A DNA stretch of 64,000 nucleotides from Candidatus Limnocylindrales bacterium (GTDB lineage Bacteria > Chloroflexota > Limnocylindria > Limnocylindrales > CSP1-4): positions 3,168 to 67,167 of the forward strand of contig JBBRNM010000003.1 in the NCBI GenBank assembly GCA_038230295.1, read 5' to 3'. Shown piece by piece: positions 36,510-45,391 of this stretch. The translations under genes and the position numbers were made by a program. Position 1 is the first letter of the stretch; every line of letters starts with the position of its first letter. Below the pieces are notes generated by a model. That model was not told where the DNA came from. It searched no databases and worked only from the letters and a program-made list of their open reading frames with translations.

Positions 36510-38897
36510 ATGCGGACCTATGCGCCGGCCACGACCGAAGCGGTCCTGAGCCGGCTGCTCGACGAGCCGTCGATGGCGAACGCCGTGCTGCACCATGCCG
36601 TCCTGCCGGCGCGGGAGGCCGTGACGGCGCCGTTTCCGGACTGGCTCGATCCACGGATCGTGCGCGGCCTCGAGGGTCGCGGCATCACCTCGCTCTATGC
36701 CCATCAGGCGGAGGCAATCGAGGCGGTCCATCGCGGCGAGGACGTCGTCGTCGTCACGCCAACCGCCTCGGGCAAGACCCTCTGCTACGCGCTGCCGGTC
36801 CTGCAGGCGCTCGCGGTCGATCCATCCGCGCGGGCGCTGTTCCTCTTTCCGACCAAGGCCCTCGGCCAGGACCAGGTCGCCGAGTTCGCCGAACTCGCGC
36901 GGGCGAGCGAGCTGCAGGTGGCCGCGGCGACGTATGACGGCGACACGCCGGCCCCGATTCGGTCGGCGATCCGGAGCGCGGGCCAGGTCGTCGTCACGAA
37001 CCCTGACATGCTCCACTCGGCGATCCTGCCCCACCACACGAAGTGGTTCCAGCTCTTCGAGCAGGTCCAGGTCATCGTCATCGACGAGCTGCACATATAC
37101 CGCGGCGTGTTCGGGAGCCACGTCGCGAACGTCCTCCGTCGCCTGCTCCGGCTGTGCCATCACTACGGCTCGAACCCGATCATCGTCTGCGCGTCGGCCA
37201 CGATCGGGAACCCGGCCGAGCTCGCTGCCCAGCTCACCGGGCGGGCGCCCCGACTGATGGATCGCAACGGCGCGCCGGCCGGCGAGCGCCACGTCCTGCT
37301 CGTCGATCCACCGCTCCTCGACCAGGCCACCGGCGCGCGCGGCTCCGCCTTGACCCATGCCCAGCGCTGGGCGCTGCCCTTCCTGCGCGCCGGCCGCCAG
37401 ACGATTGTCTTCGGACGGGCGCGCGTCGCGGTCGAGATCATCCTGACGGGCCTTCGCGAGTCCCTTCGGGAGCATCTGGGCCCACGGTCGCGCATTCGCG
37501 GCTATCGCGGCGGCTACCTGCCGACCGAGCGCCGGGCGATCGAGCGCGGCCTCCGCGACGGCGAGGTCCTCGGCGTCGTCTCGACGAACGCACTCGAGCT
37601 CGGGGTCGACATCGGGGCCCTCGATGTCTCGATCCTCGCGGGCTATCCAGGCTCGATCGCCGGGACGTGGCAGCAGCTCGGCCGGGCGGGCCGGCGCCGT
37701 GAGACCAGCGTCGGGATCCTCGTCGCGTCGGGCTCGCCCGTCGACCAGTACGTCATCCACCATCCCGAGTTCCTCCTCGAGGGCAGCCCGGAGGAGGCGC
37801 GGGTCGATCCGGACAACCTCCACGTGCTCCTGGCCCACCTCCGTTGCGCGACGTTCGAGCGACCCTTCGACCCGGGCGAGGTCTTCGGCCCGGGGCCTGC
37901 CGACGACCTGCTCGCCTTCATCGGCGAGGAGGGTCACGTCCGCCAGTCCGGCGACGGTCGCTGGTACTGGAGCTCGGAGAACTTCCCGGCCTCCGAGGTG
38001 AGCCTCCGGGCGGCCGCACCCGAGAACGTCGTGATCATCGACACCACGCCGGACCGGCCGCGGGTCATCGGCGAGGTCGACCTCTTCTCGGCCCAGGTCC
38101 TCGTCCACACCCAGGCGATCTACCTCCACGACAGCACCCAGTACCACGTGGATCGGCTCGACTGGGGCGAGCGGAAGGCCTACGTCCGCCGTGTCGACGT
38201 CGACTACTACACGTACGCGAACCGAGCAGTGACGCTGAAGCCCCTCGACGTGTTCGCCACCGCCGAGGCGCGCGGTGGCCGGCGAGTCCATGGCGAGGTC
38301 ATGGTCGCGAGCCTCGTGACCCTGTTCAAGAAGCTCAAGTTCGGCACCGATGAGAACGTCGGCTGGGGGCCGATCGAGCTACCCGAGCTCGAGCTCCAGA
38401 CGACGGCCTATTGGCTGACCGCCGAAGTGGCTGCGACCGGCTGGCGGCGGGACGAGCTTGACGTGGCGCTGATCGGCGCGGGTCGCGCGATCCAGGCGGT
38501 TGCAGCCGTCCTGCTGATGGTCGATCCGCGGGATCTGGGTCTGGTCACCCAGGTTCGCTCGCCGCACCAGGAATCGCCGACCATCTATCTGTACGAGGCG
38601 GTACCCGGCGGCGTGGGCCTCTCCGAGCGGCTCTTCGCCCGGCACGATGAGCTCGTCGCCGGCGCGCGGGACCTCATCGAGGCCTGCGGCTGCGAGAGCG
38701 GCTGCCCGGCGTGTACCGGCCCGCGACTCGATCCGGCAGTCGACGCCAAGGCGCTCGCGCTGCGACTCCTCGCGGCGCTCGACCCCGATGCCCGCGAGGG
38801 CCGAGCCGCCGGAGGACGGCGGGCCCCGGGCGTCGCGGCGGACACGGGTGTCGGGGCGGCGCCGGTCGCGGGCGCGCTGGTCGCCGCGCCCGCATGA
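36510..38897 (+). CDS. mrfA: DEAD/DEAH-box helicase with a C-terminal DUF1998 zinc module (MrfA/YprA-like)
   Basis: ATG 36510. Motif I is TPTASGKT and motif II is DELH. The C-terminal four-Cys cluster reads CGCESGCPACTG. Confidence 0.85.
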   Translation: MRTYAPATTEAVLSRLLDEPSMANAVLHHAVLPAREAVTAPFPDWLDPRIVRGLEGRGITSLYAHQAEAIEAVHRGEDVVVVTPTASGKTLCYALPVLQALAVDPSARALFLFPTKALGQDQVAEFAELARASELQVAAATYDGDTPAPIRSAIRSAGQVVVTNPDMLHSAILPHHTKWFQLFEQVQVIVIDELHIYRGVFGSHVANVLRRLLRLCHHYGSNPIIVCASATIGNPAELAAQLTGRAPRLMDRNGAPAGERHVLLVDPPLLDQATGARGSALTHAQRWALPFLRAGRQTIVFGRARVAVEIILTGLRESLREHLGPRSRIRGYRGGYLPTERRAIERGLRDGEVLGVVSTNALELGVDIGALDVSILAGYPGSIAGTWQQLGRAGRRRETSVGILVASGSPVDQYVIHHPEFLLEGSPEEARVDPDNLHVLLAHLRCATFERPFDPGEVFGPGPADDLLAFIGEEGHVRQSGDGRWYWSSENFPASEVSLRAAAPENVVIIDTTPDRPRVIGEVDLFSAQVLVHTQAIYLHDSTQYHVDRLDWGERKAYVRRVDVDYYTYANRAVTLKPLDVFATAEARGGRRVHGEVMVASLVTLFKKLKFGTDENVGWGPIELPELELQTTAYWLTAEVAATGWRRDELDVALIGAGRAIQAVAAVLLMVDPRDLGLVTQVRSPHQESPTIYLYEAVPGGVGLSERLFARHDELVAGARDLIEACGCESGCPACTGPRLDPAVDAKALALRLLAALDPDAREGRAAGGRRAPGVAADTGVGAAPVAGALVAAPA

Positions 38898-40531
38898 GCG
38901 GCGTCGGGCTCGACCGGCGCTTCGCGAACTTCCGCCAAGGTCTCGTTGCCCGCCCGGCCGTCGATCCAGGCGAGCGGGTCCGCCGCTCCTCCGCCGCCGC
39001 GGAGCGGCTCGCGGCCGAGCTGGACGGCGAGCTCGTCCGGACACCGCGGGGCTGCTTCGTCCGGGTCGAGACGCCGTCGACCCTCCTGCCCCTGGATCGC
39101 GAGCGGCTCTCGCGGCTTCCCGGCCAACCGCCGCCGGACGCCCCCCTCCTCTGCCTCGACACGGAGACCACAGGGCTCGCGACGGCGGCCGGGACGCTCG
39201 CATTCCTCGTGGGTCTCGGCTGGTGGGAAGGGAGCCGCTTCCGACAGGTCCAGCTCCTCCTCCCGGACCATGCTGACGAGCCGGCGCTCCTCGCGGAGCT
39301 GTCGAACCACATCGCGCCCAATGCGTGGCTCGTCACGTACAACGGTCGAGGCTTCGACTGGCCGCTGCTCGTGGCCCGCTACCGGCTCGCCCGCGAGAGC
39401 CCGCCGGTCCATGCGGGCCATCTCGACCTGCTGCCGCTCGTCCGCCGCATGTTCCGGCATCGGATGTCCGATGCCCGCCTCGGAACCGTCGAGTCGGTGC
39501 TCCTGGGCCTGCGCCGACACGCGGACGTCGGCGGGTGGGAGATCCCAGCGCGGTATCTCGAGTTCCTCCGGTTTGGCGAGCCGGCGGCGCTCCTCGAGGT
39601 CGTTCGGCACAACGACGAGGACGTTCGGTCGCTCGCCCGCCTGCTCGTGCATGTCGACCGCGGTTATGCCGACATCGAGCGTTGGATCGAGGCGCCCGCG
39701 GGGGACCTCGCTGGCCTCGCGCGGGCCTATGCCGGCGCCGGCCGTCATGAGGAGGCACTCGCCTGCCTGGAATCGGCGATCGCAGGATCGCGCTCACAGC
39801 CGGAAGTTGGACCCGCGCTCGTTCGAGACACCGGGCCGGCCGTGGCCTATCACGCGGAGTCCGACGACAACGGTCCCTGGTGGTCGCCACGTCACCGGCC
39901 CGACTTCGGTGGCCGGCCCGGCCGCTATGCCCTGCCCCACTCCTGGCCCGCCCCAGATCCGGTGCGACGAGATGCGCCCTGGACAGAGAGTCGCCTGCTC
40001 GGCGAGCGAGCCCGCCTCCTGCGACGACTCGGGCGGAGTCGCGACGCCGAAGCCGCCTGGACGGAGCTGGTCGGGGCCGGCGGGACCCTCGCCGCGCTCG
40101 CCTGGATCGAGGTCGCCAAGCTGCGCGAGCACCAGCTCCAGGATCCGGCAGGAGCGCTCGAAGCGGCATCGATCGCTGCGTCCGTCGTAGAGCGGCAGGC
40201 GCGGCTCGGGCGGCGGCTGCCCCGGCTCGAGTCGGCGCTCGCCCGGCGGCTCGCGCGGTTGCGGCTGCGCGTACTCCGGGCTCAGGCGCTCGCGACACGA
40301 GTCGAACGGCGTCGCATCCGTCGGAGCACGGCGTCGAGCTCGGGAACGCCTGCGAGCCCGGGCCGCTCGATTGCAAGCGAAGCCGTGGCCGCAGCGAACC
40401 GGATGTCCGAGTCGCGGCCGGTCGGCTCGGCCTCGAGGGACGGATCGAGCCTCGCTGCGACGATCGCGGCGAGAAACACGTCGCCCGCGCCAGTCGGATC
40501 CACGAGTTCGTCGGATCGGAGTGCCGGATAG
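38894..40531 (+). CDS. mrfB: RNase-H-like (DEDD) exonuclease with a TPR-like C-terminal region (MrfB/YprB-like)
   Basis: ATGA overlap with mrfA. LCLDTETTG...LVTYNGRGFDWPLL...HNDEDV is present. The last 250 nt overlap the convergent PfkB gene and encode a low-complexity Ser/Ala/Arg tail. Confidence 0.75.
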   Translation: MSGVGLDRRFANFRQGLVARPAVDPGERVRRSSAAAERLAAELDGELVRTPRGCFVRVETPSTLLPLDRERLSRLPGQPPPDAPLLCLDTETTGLATAAGTLAFLVGLGWWEGSRFRQVQLLLPDHADEPALLAELSNHIAPNAWLVTYNGRGFDWPLLVARYRLARESPPVHAGHLDLLPLVRRMFRHRMSDARLGTVESVLLGLRRHADVGGWEIPARYLEFLRFGEPAALLEVVRHNDEDVRSLARLLVHVDRGYADIERWIEAPAGDLAGLARAYAGAGRHEEALACLESAIAGSRSQPEVGPALVRDTGPAVAYHAESDDNGPWWSPRHRPDFGGRPGRYALPHSWPAPDPVRRDAPWTESRLLGERARLLRRLGRSRDAEAAWTELVGAGGTLAALAWIEVAKLREHQLQDPAGALEAASIAASVVERQARLGRRLPRLESALARRLARLRLRVLRAQALATRVERRRIRRSTASSSGTPASPGRSIASEAVAAANRMSESRPVGSASRDGSSLAATIAARNTSPAPVGSTSSSDRSAG

Positions 40532-41244
40532 CGACGTGTCGAGCGTCGGCGATCGTCGCCCGTAGCCGGACCCGAGATCGACCCGCCTCGATCACCCTCG
40601 GTCACGACGAGCTCGGCGTGGGTGCCGATCAATCGGAGGAGGTCGGACGGTGAGGTCGCGGGCGCGAGGTCGTCCCGACTCAGCCCGATCAGATTCGCCC
40701 GCGCCACGAGCTCGTTCCGCTGGGGCGCACGCCGCCGGACCATCTCGCCCGCCACGAGCGTCCGGAGCATGCCCTGCCAGCCGACGGCCACGAACGCAAC
40801 AGCACCGGGCTCGGTCGCCCACTCTGGGCCAAGCTCATCGGCGACCGGGACGAGCATCCACGCCGGCTCCCGACCGGCGGTCGGGTCTTGGCCCCGCGCC
40901 GGCTCCGGGCCCGCGGCCTCCGCGCGCACCCATGCGGGCGGCAGCACCGCGACGGGGATCCGATCGGATTCCGAGACGCACATCTGAACGCGTCCGCTGG
41001 CAGATTCGATGTTCTGGAAGACCGGTCCGCGGTCGAGGCGTGCCTGCACGACCTCGGCGCCGGCAGCGCGGAGGAGATCGAGCTCCTGCGCCTCCGCGGC
41101 GATCGCGTCGACACCAACCAGGGCCCGGACGTGCAACCCGAGTCGCGCCAGGGTGAGCGCAGCGTAGGTCACCGCGCCGCCGAGCCGCCAGCCTCGGGGA
41201 TCGTCCGCCGCGAGGTCGCGCGACGCCGCGCCGACCACGAGCAC
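40282..41244 (-). CDS. PfkB-family carbohydrate/nucleoside kinase
   Basis: GTG 41244. VVGAASRDL...GGAVTYAALTLARLG is at the N-terminus and DPTGAGDVFLAA forms the anion hole near the C-terminus. Confidence 0.8.
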   Translation of the reverse strand: MLVVGAASRDLAADDPRGWRLGGAVTYAALTLARLGLHVRALVGVDAIAAEAQELDLLRAAGAEVVQARLDRGPVFQNIESASGRVQMCVSESDRIPVAVLPPAWVRAEAAGPEPARGQDPTAGREPAWMLVPVADELGPEWATEPGAVAFVAVGWQGMLRTLVAGEMVRRRAPQRNELVARANLIGLSRDDLAPATSPSDLLRLIGTHAELVVTEGDRGGSISGPATGDDRRRSTRRYPALRSDELVDPTGAGDVFLAAIVAARLDPSLEAEPTGRDSDIRFAAATASLAIERPGLAGVPELDAVLRRMRRRSTRVASA

Positions 41245-41308
41245 GATCGGGTCGTCAACGGGCTCGGGTGTATCCTGCAGGCCCCATTCCTCCCCTTCGG
41301 AGTCGACC

Positions 41309-41665
41309 GTGTATTTCTATGAGCTTCACGAGGGCGACGAGGAGGTCTTCTCGGACCTGCTCCTCGTCAGCGAAGACCAGATGGATCCCGAGGACTTCTA
41401 CGAGCTCGTCCAGGCGGTTCGTGAGCAGGTCCAGCCGAACTACGAGGACGATACCTTGATCGAGGCGATCGCCCGCGAGCTCGAGCGCGAGCATGGCTTC
41501 ACGTTCATCTCGGATGCCCGCCTCGAGGCCTCAGTCCATGTGTCGCCGATCGAGGCCGAGAACCGGCTGATCGCCGTCGACGACGAGATCGCCGAGAGTG
41601 CCGAGTTCCGGACCCTGTTCGCGAAGCTGAACGTCGACGACGACGTCACCGACGAGCTGAACTAG
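41309..41665 (+). CDS. Hypothetical acidic small protein
   Basis: 118 aa. The GTG is preceded by GGAG with a 6-nt spacer. The protein is strongly acidic with lower-GC codons, and no family was recognised. Confidence 0.6.
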   Translation: MYFYELHEGDEEVFSDLLLVSEDQMDPEDFYELVQAVREQVQPNYEDDTLIEAIARELEREHGFTFISDARLEASVHVSPIEAENRLIAVDDEIAESAEFRTLFAKLNVDDDVTDELN

Positions 41666-41741
41666 CTGATCGCCCGCGGCCCCCCCGCGCGCGGCCGCCG
41701 GGGACGGCAGGGTCGAGCGCGGGCCTCACGCTTACGGCGCT

Positions 41742-41942
41742 TTGTGCAACGGGAGCACCGAAACGACGTGGATCGGTCGAAATGTGCAGACGCAGCACAA
41801 CGGCGACGTGATTGGGGCCCATTCGGCGCCGTTTACCCCGCCACAGATCTTCGAGCGTCGTTCCTGTGCAACCACGGCACGAGTCGACACCTTCTACGGC
41901 TCTAAGCAGCTCAGGCAGTCGAGTTGGTGCAGTGGGGGCACA
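41742..41942. repeat. Array of four TGTGC-N7-GCACA palindromes forming two composite hairpin elements plus a central hairpin (candidate sRNA, REPIN-like element or operator array)
   Basis: The units lie at 41743-59, 41783-99, 41865-81 and 41926-42. See the first finding for the pairing scheme. Confidence 0.6.
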
Positions 41943-41987
41943 AAGGGCTGGGGGCGATCAGCCTGGTAGTGCGGGCGAGGCGCCCGT

Positions 41988-43091
41988 CTACGGGCTGAAA
42001 AGAATCTCCAGCACGTCGCCGTCCTTGACCCGGTAGGTCTTGCCCTCGGAACGCAGGCGCCCGGCCTTGCGGGCCTCGGCCATCGACCCGAGCGTCAGCA
42101 GATCCTCGTAGGCGACCGTCTCGGCGCGGATGAAGCCGCGTGCGAGGTCCGTGTGAATCGCGGCCGCGGCATCGACCGCCGTCGAGCCGTCCGGGATCGG
42201 CCACGCCCGAACCTCGTCGGGGCCCGCGGTCAGGAACGAGATGAGCCCCAGCAGCTGATAGGACAGCGCGATCACGCGGTCGAGGCCCGAGTCGGCAATC
42301 CCGAGCTCGCTCATGAATCCCGCCGCTTCCTCCGGCTCGAGCTCGCCGAGCTCCATCTCGATCTTCGCCGAGAGCGCGGCCACGAGGGTCTGCCGATGGG
42401 GATGTGCGGCTTCGACGCTGGCCACGAGATCGCCCGCACCCGCGAGGGCATCCTCGCCCACGTTCAGCAGCACCAGGACGGGTTTCTCGGTCAGGAAGCG
42501 GAAGCCTCGGATCGCCTTGGCGTCCTCGTCGTCGAGGCCGAGGTCGCGGATCGGCCGGCCCGCGCTTAACGCCGCCTTGAGGTCGACGAGGATCGTCGCC
42601 TCGCGCTCGTTCGCGTCCCGCTCGGCCTGGGTGCCGTGGCGACCGCTGCCGGTGAGCCGCTCGAGGCGGCGATCGACCATCGCCAGGTCGGCGAGGATGA
42701 ACTCGAGATCGAGGCGCTCCACGTCACGGGCCGGATCAACCGAGCCCTCCGGGTGCGGCACGGACGCATTCTCGAACGCGCGGACCACGTGCAGCAGCGC
42801 ATCCGAGTCGCGCAGCCGAGCGAGGTGCTCGGCCGGCAGCTCCTCGGTTCCGACGTGCCCTTCGGTCGAGGTCGGCGGCGCGGGCAGATCGACGTAGGTG
42901 ACGTCCGCCTGGACGACCTTCTTCGGCTTGAAGATCTCAGCAAGGCGGTCGAGCCGGCCGTCCGGTACCTTCACGACGCCGACATTCAGGGTCAGACCGC
43001 CGAAGCCGCCGGTCTCGGCGTGCCCCCGGGTCAGCGTGTTGAAGACGGTGGTCTTGCCGCTCGCGGTGAGCCCGACGATCGCGATCTGCAC
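41988..43091 (-). CDS. ychF: Ribosome-binding ATPase YchF
   Basis: MQIAIVGLTASGKTTVFNTLT, with a TGS-like C-terminus (RSEGKTYRVKDGDVLEILF). Confidence 0.95.
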   Translation of the reverse strand: MQIAIVGLTASGKTTVFNTLTRGHAETGGFGGLTLNVGVVKVPDGRLDRLAEIFKPKKVVQADVTYVDLPAPPTSTEGHVGTEELPAEHLARLRDSDALLHVVRAFENASVPHPEGSVDPARDVERLDLEFILADLAMVDRRLERLTGSGRHGTQAERDANEREATILVDLKAALSAGRPIRDLGLDDEDAKAIRGFRFLTEKPVLVLLNVGEDALAGAGDLVASVEAAHPHRQTLVAALSAKIEMELGELEPEEAAGFMSELGIADSGLDRVIALSYQLLGLISFLTAGPDEVRAWPIPDGSTAVDAAAAIHTDLARGFIRAETVAYEDLLTLGSMAEARKAGRLRSEGKTYRVKDGDVLEILFSP

Positions 43092-43098
43092 TCGCCGC

Positions 43099-44163
43099 TC
43101 AGTAGCCCGCGGCCGGGTCGACGACGTTCCGCAACGGCTCGCCCGCGCTGAAGCGGCGGAGGTTGTCGCAGAACAGGTCGATGCTCCGGTCGAGCACGCG
43201 GGATGACGACCAGGCCGTGTGCGGGGTCAGGATCAGGTTCGGGATGTCCCAATACGGCGACGAGGCCGGCAGTGGCTCGTCTCGGAACGTGTCCAGGGCT
43301 GCGCCGCCGATGCGACCCGCACGCAGCGCCCGCAGGAGCGCCACGTCGTCGATCAAGCGGCCGCGGGCGACATTGATGAGCCAGGCGTCCGGCCGCATCG
43401 CCGCGAGCGCGGCCTCGTTGATGAGGCCCTCGGTCTCGGGGGTCAGCGGCGCCGCGAGCACGACGACATCGGATGCGCCGAGGAGCTCGTGGAGGCCGTC
43501 TGGGCCGAGAAGGCGATCGACGTGGGGCGAGAAGGGAAAGGACTCGTCGCCGTCGGCAGTGGCGTCTTCGGGGGCCTCGGGCCGCCGGCGCATCGCGATG
43601 ACCCGGCTGCCGAAGGCGCCGGCCAGCGATGCCACAGCACGCCCGAGCGAGCCGTAACCGACGATCCCGATCGTCAGGTCGCGCAGCTCGCGGCCCTCGA
43701 GCGGCTGCCACGTCCGCTCCCGCTGGAGCTCGAGCAGCTGTGGCAGCCGGCGGCTCAGGGCAAGGATCATCAGGAGCACGTGCTCCGCGATCGGCCGCGT
43801 GAAGACCCCGCGGGCATTCGTCACGACGACATCTCGGGCGAGCGCCGCCGTCGTCAGCGCCCGCTCTACCCCGGACGTCGCCGAGTGGACCCAGCGCAGT
43901 TGCGGTGCATGGGCCAGCAGGCGGTCGAATGCGTCCGAGCTCAGCCAGCCGCGGAGCAGGACCTCCACGTCATCGACCGGTCCGTCGGCGAGCCCCTCGA
44001 CCGAGAGATTGACGATTCGCGATCCCGGGGCCGACTCCCGGATCCGATCGAGATCCTGAGCCCGGACGCGCGCCGACAGGAGCGGGCTCACCGCAATCGC
44101 GAGCGGTACACCGCCCGGGCCCTTGCCGGGCCCGACCGCGGTTTGGGCCGGCGAGTCGCTCAC
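43099..44163 (-). CDS. D-isomer-specific 2-hydroxyacid dehydrogenase family protein
   Basis: GTG 44163. The NAD site is IVGYGSLGRAVA, with the catalytic LINVARG...D...TPH. Confidence 0.85.
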   Translation of the reverse strand: MSDSPAQTAVGPGKGPGGVPLAIAVSPLLSARVRAQDLDRIRESAPGSRIVNLSVEGLADGPVDDVEVLLRGWLSSDAFDRLLAHAPQLRWVHSATSGVERALTTAALARDVVVTNARGVFTRPIAEHVLLMILALSRRLPQLLELQRERTWQPLEGRELRDLTIGIVGYGSLGRAVASLAGAFGSRVIAMRRRPEAPEDATADGDESFPFSPHVDRLLGPDGLHELLGASDVVVLAAPLTPETEGLINEAALAAMRPDAWLINVARGRLIDDVALLRALRAGRIGGAALDTFRDEPLPASSPYWDIPNLILTPHTAWSSSRVLDRSIDLFCDNLRRFSAGEPLRNVVDPAAGY

Positions 44164-44176
44164 GAAGCTGAGTTGC

Positions 44177-45391
44177 TCACGATGCGGCGGGGTCGGCGAG
44201 CCGGGGCCGGTCGAGGACCCGCGTGGCCCACGCCTCGGGCGCCCCGATCTCGGCGGCCGTCGGCAGGCTCTCGGGCCCGTCCCAGATGTGCGCAAGGGCG
44301 GACCTGCCACGCGCCTCGGCGACGGCCCGGACGAACTTCTCGCCGCGCTCGTACTGCTCCATTTTCAGGTCCATGCCGGTCAACCGGAGGATCGCCCGCT
44401 CGAATCCCGTTCGATGCTGGCGCCGTTCGTGGAATCGGGCCGAGATCCGCTCGACGTCCGGCACGAGCCCCCGACCGACCTCGTCCATGACGTAGTCGCT
44501 GAAGCCCTCGAGCAGGCTCATGACCGCCTGCGTTTCGCGGAAGAGCCGGCGCTGCTCCTCGCCCATCAGGGCCTCCATCCAGTGCTCGCCGCCGCCTTCG
44601 CCGCGGAGCGCTCGCCCGATCGCCCGGATCGCGTCGCGGCCCATGCTCGACGCCGACCCACTGAAGAGGCTGAGCTGGCGCTCGAGGCGCTCGGCCAGGT
44701 AGGGCCGCAGCCACGGATGGGCCTCGAACTCGAAGGCATGCGTGGTCTCATGCAGCGCGATCCAGGTCCGGAACGGCGCCACGGGCACGCCGATGGCGTG
44801 GGCAGTGCCGCGAATGTTCTCCTCGACGAAGAGGAGCCGACCGTCCTCCGCCTCGGCGGACAGGATCGCCAGGTCGTACTGGCCGAGGACCCGGGTGCCC
44901 ATGAAGCCGAGCAGGAAGCCCAGCTGCTGGCTCGTGACCCAGCGATTTGCGAGGGCCATCGTCGCCCGGGTGAAGCCGCCACCGACGGGCACGACCTGGT
45001 CGAGCAGGTCGGTCTCGAGGCGCGAGATCAGCGATCGGAAGGTGCCGACGTTGGCCCGGATCCAGCCCGCCCGGTCGACGACGCTGGCGCGATCGACCAC
45101 GCCCGGCAGCTCGGTCCCGAGCGCCTCCGCGAGTCGAGGGACGACGAGGGCCATCGCCTCGCGGTACGCGCCTTCGGCAGCTCGCAGCTCCAGCGGCGTG
45201 AGGCGGCCCGGCGCCTTTTCCGCCCGGCGGATGGCGAGTCGCTCGACGGCCGCCCAATCCACGAGACCGCGGCGGGCGATGCGCTCCGCGCGCCGGCCGA
45301 GGACGGTCGCCGCGGCACCGAGCGCCGAGCCAACGAGGAAGCCCGCCTGCCAGCGCCGGTCATCGCGCCAGCCGCCGCGTCGCCCGGTCAC
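44177..45391 (-). CDS. Zinc-dependent metalloprotease, DUF2342 family
   Basis: HETTHAFEF (HExxH) lies in the conserved context IALHETTH. The GTG start overlaps the murI stop (GTGA). Confidence 0.8.
   Translation of the reverse strand: MTGRRGGWRDDRRWQAGFLVGSALGAAATVLGRRAERIARRGLVDWAAVERLAIRRAEKAPGRLTPLELRAAEGAYREAMALVVPRLAEALGTELPGVVDRASVVDRAGWIRANVGTFRSLISRLETDLLDQVVPVGGGFTRATMALANRWVTSQQLGFLLGFMGTRVLGQYDLAILSAEAEDGRLLFVEENIRGTAHAIGVPVAPFRTWIALHETTHAFEFEAHPWLRPYLAERLERQLSLFSGSASSMGRDAIRAIGRALRGEGGGEHWMEALMGEEQRRLFRETQAVMSLLEGFSDYVMDEVGRGLVPDVERISARFHERRQHRTGFERAILRLTGMDLKMEQYERGEKFVRAVAEARGRSALAHIWDGPESLPTAAEIGAPEAWATRVLDRPRLADPAAS

Noticed and set aside
41740-41945. Assignment of the palindrome-rich gap to a known RNA (6S, SRP, tmRNA or RNase P)
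   Set aside because: The length and closing helix resemble 6S RNA. However, I could not find the SRP GGAA/AGCA motif, RNase P or tmRNA signatures, or a convincing 6S central bubble. It is kept only as an unclassified candidate.
41742-41969. 75-aa ORF (and 41812..42036, 41911..42204) in the convergent gap
   Set aside because: The composition is unusual (Cys/Trp/Thr/Gly-rich), there is no RBS or canonical start context, and the ORFs overlap the palindromes. They are unlikely to be coding.
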